This document shows positions 26,101-26,741 of a stretch of DNA of 26,741 nt, one piece after another. Under the pieces are notes generated by a model. That model did no database searches. It worked only from the letters and a program-made list of their open reading frames with translations, and was not told the origin of the DNA. The position numbers and the translations under genes are program-made. The DNA comes from a virus (taxonomy: Duplodnaviria; Caudoviricetes), in IMG/VR virus record IMGVR_UViG_3300006752_003262, positions 1 to 26,741 of that record. One strand, written 5' to 3'. The stretch's first letter is position 1. The number at the start of each line of letters is the position of its first letter.

Positions 26101-26741
26101 GCTGACGCTAATGTTCCTGGCGATGTTGATGTTCCCGGTGGCGTAAACATAGAAACTCCTGCTGCTGATTTGCCTAAGACTCCTAAAGATTATGGTCCTG
26201 ACGGGTTCAAAAAAGAACGTGGCAAGATGAAGAACTTGGAGTTTATCAATAGTCTTTCTGATGAAGAGTTAGAAAGCTATAAGCAGGCACATATTGAGTA
26301 TAAGAAGCAACGGGAGGCTGATGGTGAGACTGCTTACGGTATGAAAAACCGGATTAAGCAGATGGAGCAGATTCAGGCTATACGAAGTAAGCAACGTGGC
26401 GAGTCTAAGTCACCTCCAACTTCTAAAGACTTGTCTGTCAATGGTTACACGCAGGAACGTAATAACTCTATAAATGTAACCTCTGATCCGTTTGGCGATT
26501 CAGATGAGACATTTATAGTAAGTTTGACAGACGAAGAACTTGATGGGTATATTGAGAGCTTCAACAAGGACTTGAACGATCCAAAGACGCCACCTATGTC
26601 TCCGAGTAAGAAGCAGATCAGAGCGAAACTTTTGGGTGAGCGTAGTAGGCGTGATAAGAACGAAGATTCTAAAACGGCTGTAGACAGCGCCGAGTTGGAG
26701 ATGGGTGATCCTGATCCAGACGGTTTCCATCCGATTGACAA
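23179..26741 (+). CDS. Giant modular protein (>1187 aa, 3'-truncated), probably virion-internal
   Basis: Frame 1 read codon by codon from ATG 23179 (gagg upstream) to the window end with no stop; absent from the track, presumably because no stop is reached. Confidence 0.9.
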   Translation, partial: MLTEIERAEVGAFTLKVGPEVGPNADALTSLTRGRGPRRGNLEDLLKYWRPIMKKPGGFRRCVVILMDKPQFGGKPQRICAWLHHEITGKWPNEGKGKGKGSRKRRGRSVRRVSSAARRGKSGELSSHNQVIEVSPLRIAIRESRDFGGVLVQPIAGRQGAVDMKAAMFSTYALKVPVNEAVNEKRVGIFGANSRAGQAAQAAGSIILPGDISDIRSPIRSQIYETLTPGGGRGRPGIPSARRLIGGLGRRGSRSTGGVRNKFRCPPGFQKGGTFTNAQFSTCGAQILGIPGKGVGSPSSGAQRALAALARDAALVREIGDLRSNRNPYDIIRAAQIPVAPKKGSPTRRQTSINNVLSRADEADFSLRAVRRDGVILEPVVSLQALGKLDEFDDLADGTLIDRYTSGQIGKDIVPAFSTGLRDVYVDIPESGSVKISRVGGELTPTEVDSLRRSFPTSMRRAANLPDPSAGIRDYADRSDGRFSVDFGELKNNKFEVADNKNKLIRVETAGGKTLSVPQWVYDTFLSRSAPRRAKNAPVYEMISEEKSVNPFFLSTKTITALTHRTANYHDLIEVRAAIFAEGRDNIQFKKRRAGGRARAMFNPGLNRYQCPPGTRYGGRITDQFGRNCGYSLPRTVVNSLVDLGTRIEDGMERRRKRRQERGSRRERLGSAVKEKYDNSLNKLADVMDKMASVLDKTEDKRPGRIGPSIQDRRNAAELTDEDRNLLGGAPLADALDNLKNVVNGQDFNNPDLPELQKAYKAVEKAAGLEAGRLTDNPPKTDNDRKMGKRILDSIAGILDRIANFVDPDTSRRDRSENRRPAASAASAPKAPKKFDSPRKPKNVDNFAQQSIGGRRKKVDVPELKDLSDDDKTKLDVAIQSEFNELSSFWANRLNKDINDFSEKDIRKYLKANKKDKDARLERRRYNDWLELNELKRAQDELRFDDDYEDFIGRLAPNRRDSIVSSLKPPQDPPADANVPGDVDVPGGVNIETPAADLPKTPKDYGPDGFKKERGKMKNLEFINSLSDEELESYKQAHIEYKKQREADGETAYGMKNRIKQMEQIQAIRSKQRGESKSPPTSKDLSVNGYTQERNNSINVTSDPFGDSDETFIVSLTDEELDGYIESFNKDLNDPKTPPMSPSKKQIRAKLLGERSRRDKNEDSKTAVDSAELEMGDPDPDGFHPID
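24810..24837 (+). promoter_or_regulatory. Predicted -1 programmed frameshift cassette 2
   Basis: GGAGG (24810-24814), 13 nt, in-phase C.CCT.TTT (24828-24834), overlapping T.TTT.TTC; the -1 frame stops at TGA 24897-24899. Confidence 0.6.

Larger units (their letters stand above)
1..26741. mobile_element. Tailed dsDNA phage (Caudoviricetes) genome segment, likely actinobacterial host
   Basis: Terminase, HK97-type portal, MuF, prohead protease and holin present; dense, overlapping gene packing; WhiB and leaderless genes point to Actinomycetota. No integrase or att site seen in the window. Confidence 0.95.

Noticed and set aside
23157-26741. Short track ORFs in this region, and antisense ORFs elsewhere such as 21417-21932 and 9524-9991
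   Set aside because: Shadows of the long real ORFs in other frames or strands.
1-26741. Stop-codon reassignment
   Set aside because: TAA, TAG and TGA all end full-length recognisable genes, and coding density is high under the standard code.

Overview
A segment of a tailed dsDNA phage genome, probably infecting an actinobacterium (WhiB, r1t-type holin, several leaderless sigma-70/SigA-type promoters). Left to right: the end of an acidic PE-repeat protein, three small membrane/holin genes, recA, a ~450-nt non-coding structured gap, whiB, Rad52/Sak + PD-(D/E)XK nuclease, and a long accessory operon (glycosyltransferase, two 2OG-Fe(II) oxygenases, two HNH proteins, two methyltransferases, ParB/PAPS-reductase/ParB, MazG, DUF932-like). 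Then come a terminase large subunit transcribed away from the head genes and an expanded HK97-type head module: portal, MuF, protease, a multi-domain acidic protein and a >1187-aa ORF that the ORF track misses. Main candidate novelties: (1) two identical-geometry -1 frameshift cassettes, GGAGG-N13-C.CCT.TTT, one predicted to fuse portal to MuF and one to truncate the giant ORF at a module boundary; (2) a promoter-driven ~450-nt structured RNA with complementary kissing loops, long-range helices and a pseudoknot; (3) a small hairpin RNA element complementary to the holin leader. Family names come from motif recognition by eye; no database searches were run.
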